DNA of 64,000 nt from Styela clava (lineage: Eukaryota), in contig NC_135264.1 of assembly GCF_964204865.1 (NCBI RefSeq), positions 7,068,001-7,132,000 of the forward strand, written 5' to 3'. The translations under genes were made by a program, and so were the position numbers. The notes under the pieces were generated by a model. That model saw only the letters and a program-made list of their open reading frames with translations. It was not told the origin of the DNA and did not search any database. Shown in pieces: positions 63,845 to 64,000 of this stretch (position 1 is the stretch's first letter; each line of letters begins with the position of its first letter).

Positions 63845-64000
63845 GATTATATGAATAACGCAATTAAAAGAATTGTATCTTTGGATTAAAGTAGCCTACT
63901 CTAAATATTTAGTTGGATTCGATTGTTGCACTTCGGAAAGGCATATCTGGAACGACACAAAAATATTTTGATCGATGTTGATTTAATGAAAATATTTTAC
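63845..64000 (-). repeat. Duplicated 3' flank of a beta receptor gene
   Basis: Near-identical to about 59236-59391, which lies just downstream of the copy E stop codon. Confidence 0.85.

Overview
AT-rich, intron-containing animal genomic DNA; a SAM-less p53-family gene and compact introns suggest an ascidian/tunicate (inference). The left half holds four spliced genes reconstructed by hand from GT-AG boundaries. These are ERGIC1 (+, 10 exons), a membrane-anchored cyclophilin that has lost nearly all PPIase active-site residues (+, 4 exons), a p53/p63/p73-family gene with no recognisable TAD or SAM (+, 10 exons), and a TC10/TCL-like Rho GTPase with a divergent effector loop (-, 3 exons). A 47-bp minisatellite hit by two hAT elements separates the last two. 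The right half (30.6-64 kb) is a tandem array of five paralogous single-pass receptor genes on the - strand, in two subfamilies. Each encodes signal peptide, atypical Cys-rich CUB-like domain, S/T stalk, TM helix and a tail with tyrosine motifs. Two copies are intact, three are disabled, and a sixth probably starts just past the window. The array is densely invaded by hAT, Merlin-like and Helentron-like elements and SINEs, including nested insertions and a Penelope-like inverted repeat carrying a hammerhead ribozyme motif. No database searches were run; family assignments rest on motifs recognised by eye.
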